The position numbers were made by a program, and so were the translations under genes. A stretch of 64,000 nucleotides of DNA, from contig NC_134025.1 of NCBI RefSeq assembly GCF_964204645.1, positions 31,538,299-31,602,298 of the forward strand, given 5' to 3'. The stretch comes from Tubulanus polymorphus (taxonomy: Eukaryota > Animalia > Nemertea). Positions 62,083 to 64,000 of this stretch are shown one piece after another (the stretch's first letter is position 1; the number at the start of each line of letters is the position of its first letter). The notes under the pieces were generated by a model, which did not search any database, was not told the DNA's origin, and saw only the letters and a program-made list of their open reading frames with translations.

Positions 62083-63810
62083 ATGGCAGGGGTAACAGTT
62101 GTAACTCAGAGTTTAGTTGAACTGACTGTTACGAGTTCTATAAACTCGTTTGGAACAGAAAGAAGATTTGAAAAGAGTTTAACGATCGCCGCTTTAAAGG
62201 TATTACACTCTTCTCATCATCAATTTAATTTTATTACGTCAAATTGTTGTTTAAATGATTGATATTGATATTTCAGAATAAGTTAGAGATTTTAACGGGA
62301 GGATCAGCAGGATCTATGCAATTAGAACTGTATGATAGAAATAATCAACTAGTTGGTCGTTTAAGCGATGATGAACAGTTGTTAGGGTTTTATCCAGTAG
62401 AGGATCGTATGAGGTTACATGTATGTATCACTCTCCTTACTGCAGTCAAAACTTCTTCCGATACTTCGTTACATTACTCTCTTTTTTAGTCTAAATTTTG
62501 TATTGTCTTAATAAATTAACTACTAAGTGTTTAAGTCATCAATTACTGAAGTCATCTCTTATTTTTGAGTCCCAATTTGTATTTGTAATTCAATTTACTA
62601 AGTGTTTAAGTCATTGTTTGTAATTCAATTTTTTAAGTCATCATTTTGATAAGTTGTCAGTTGAATAACCATCTCATACACATTAGTTTCACAGTTTAAA
62701 TATCAAATTGATTTATAAGTGAAACTGTTTTGTATTGATTATTATCATCATGAATGGTTAGATGATTACTCTATTTTTGATTCACAATTTTGTATTGTCT
62801 TATTAATAAATTAAGTCGTGTGTTAAGTGTTTAAGTCGTCATTTGAATAAGTCGTCCCATTACTGAGGTCATTTCTATTTTTGAGTCCCAATTTTTATTT
62901 CTAATTCAATTTTTACTAACAGTAAGTGTATAAGTCATTGTATACATAAGTCGTTAATCATGACCTTTTCAGCACCTGTTTCACAGTTTAAATATTAAAT
63001 TGATTTATAAGTGATTATTATTATTATGAACAGGTTATAGATAATACGATGGCTAAAGGAGAATTTGAAGATGTTTCACAAGTTGAGAAGTTTGAATTAA
63101 CGGATGAACAGTACGCGCAGAAACAAGGTTTGAATATTAACTGAATTCATTGTCGAGTTTAAATTTAATTCCGGTTGAAACTAAATGGAAATTGTTTTTT
63201 CTAATTTTAGATTCTGTTCGCGCTTTCAAACAAAAGATGAAAATGGGGCAATTTAAAGAAATCGATCCAGAAGAAATTAAGAGGAAAGAAGAGGAGAAGA
63301 AGAGTAAATTAGCAGAAGAGGAAGAAGCTGCCAATAAAATCAAGATAAACGATAGGTTAGAAATTTATTCTCGCTCCTTGCTAGAAATGACTCCTCCAGC
63401 AGAGCCGTCGGAAGGAACTTTTCAGTGGCGACGCTTATTTCTGAGGGGGGTCTGGGACCCTTCCTTAGAAAAATTTTGAAAATTAAATCGCCGGAGATGC
63501 GTTTTGGGGCCATTTCACGGTCTCATTCACAGAAGCATGAGAAGTCGTGAGCCAACCACCTAGTACAGAGAACGACGAGCTGCTACGCGGTACAGCGCTG
63601 TGCTTTTGAAAACATTTTTGTTAAGCAAAAAAGTGGGGCGGCTTTGGCCGCTGCTGCCGCCCCTGTTCCAACGGCCCTGTCCAGTCATGTGACAACTATT
63701 TTAACTGTATGATTTGTTGTACTGTAAATAAATTTGTCAATTTTTAATTTGTAGATGTGAAGTTAAAGTTCAAGGTCAACCTACTAAACGTGGAACAGTT
63801 AAATATGTCG
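62083..63810 (+). CDS. TBCB: Tubulin-folding cofactor B (Ubl plus CAP-Gly); 5' partial in window; exons 62083-62199, 62277-62420, 63034-63127, 63211-63355, 63755-63810
   Basis: Spliced peptide MAGVTVVTQSLVELTVTSSINSFGTERRFEKSLTIAALK|NKLEILTGGSAGSMQLELYD...LLGFYPVEDRMRLH|VIDNT..GEFEDVSQVEKFEL..Y..|DSVRAFKQKMKMGQF...|RCEVKVQGQPTKRGTVKYVG; all junctions GT-AG and in phase. Confidence 0.95.
63400..63679. mobile_element. Non-autonomous DNA transposon (MITE) in TBCB intron 4
   Basis: TIRs CAGAGCCGTCGGAA ... TTCCAACGGCCCTG, flanked by direct repeat TCCAG (63395-99 and 63680-84). Confidence 0.7.
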
Positions 63811-63829
63811 GTCAGTGTCAGAACAAGAT

Positions 63830-64000
63830 TCTTCTCTCCCTCCTCTCTCCTCTCCTCTCCTTCCTCTCTCCTCTCCTTCCTCTCTCCTCTCCTCTCCTAC
63901 CTCTCTCCTCTCCTTCCTCTCTCCTCTCCCCTCTCCTCTCCTACCTCTCTCCTCTCCTTCCTCTCTCCTCTCCTCTCCTACCTCTCTCCTCTCCTTCCTC
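63830..64000. repeat. CT-rich low-complexity tract in a TBCB intron
   Basis: (CTCTC/CTCC)n to the window end. Confidence 0.9.

Overview
Eukaryotic, AT-rich, spliceosomal-intron-rich DNA from an animal, probably an invertebrate (inferred from BIRC6/TBCB protein similarity and TTAGGG tracts). It is not prokaryotic and has no CRISPR array. The right 36 kb holds an apparently complete minus-strand BIRC6/BRUCE gene (ATG 61439, stop 27920, about 54 GT-AG coding exons, with BIR and UBC/E2 domains). It sits head-to-head, 643 bp apart, with the 5' part of TBCB (tubulin-folding cofactor B, + strand from 62083). BIRC6 introns are full of short PIF/Harbinger-like MITEs, MITE-end-derived minisatellites and tandem duplications centred on splice junctions. 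One intron is duplicated whole with a zero-length AG|GT junction, and the UBC-exon acceptor is present in a 10x array whose units read as GT...AG mini-introns. The left 27 kb has no recognisable conserved gene. It contains a modular ~153-bp composite satellite, several palindromic minisatellites, a ~360-bp imperfect fold-back, SINE remnants, an orphan Pro/Thr/Arg-rich exon, and a compact promoter-plus-spliced-small-ORF unit. Exon boundaries were read by eye and may be off by a few bases.
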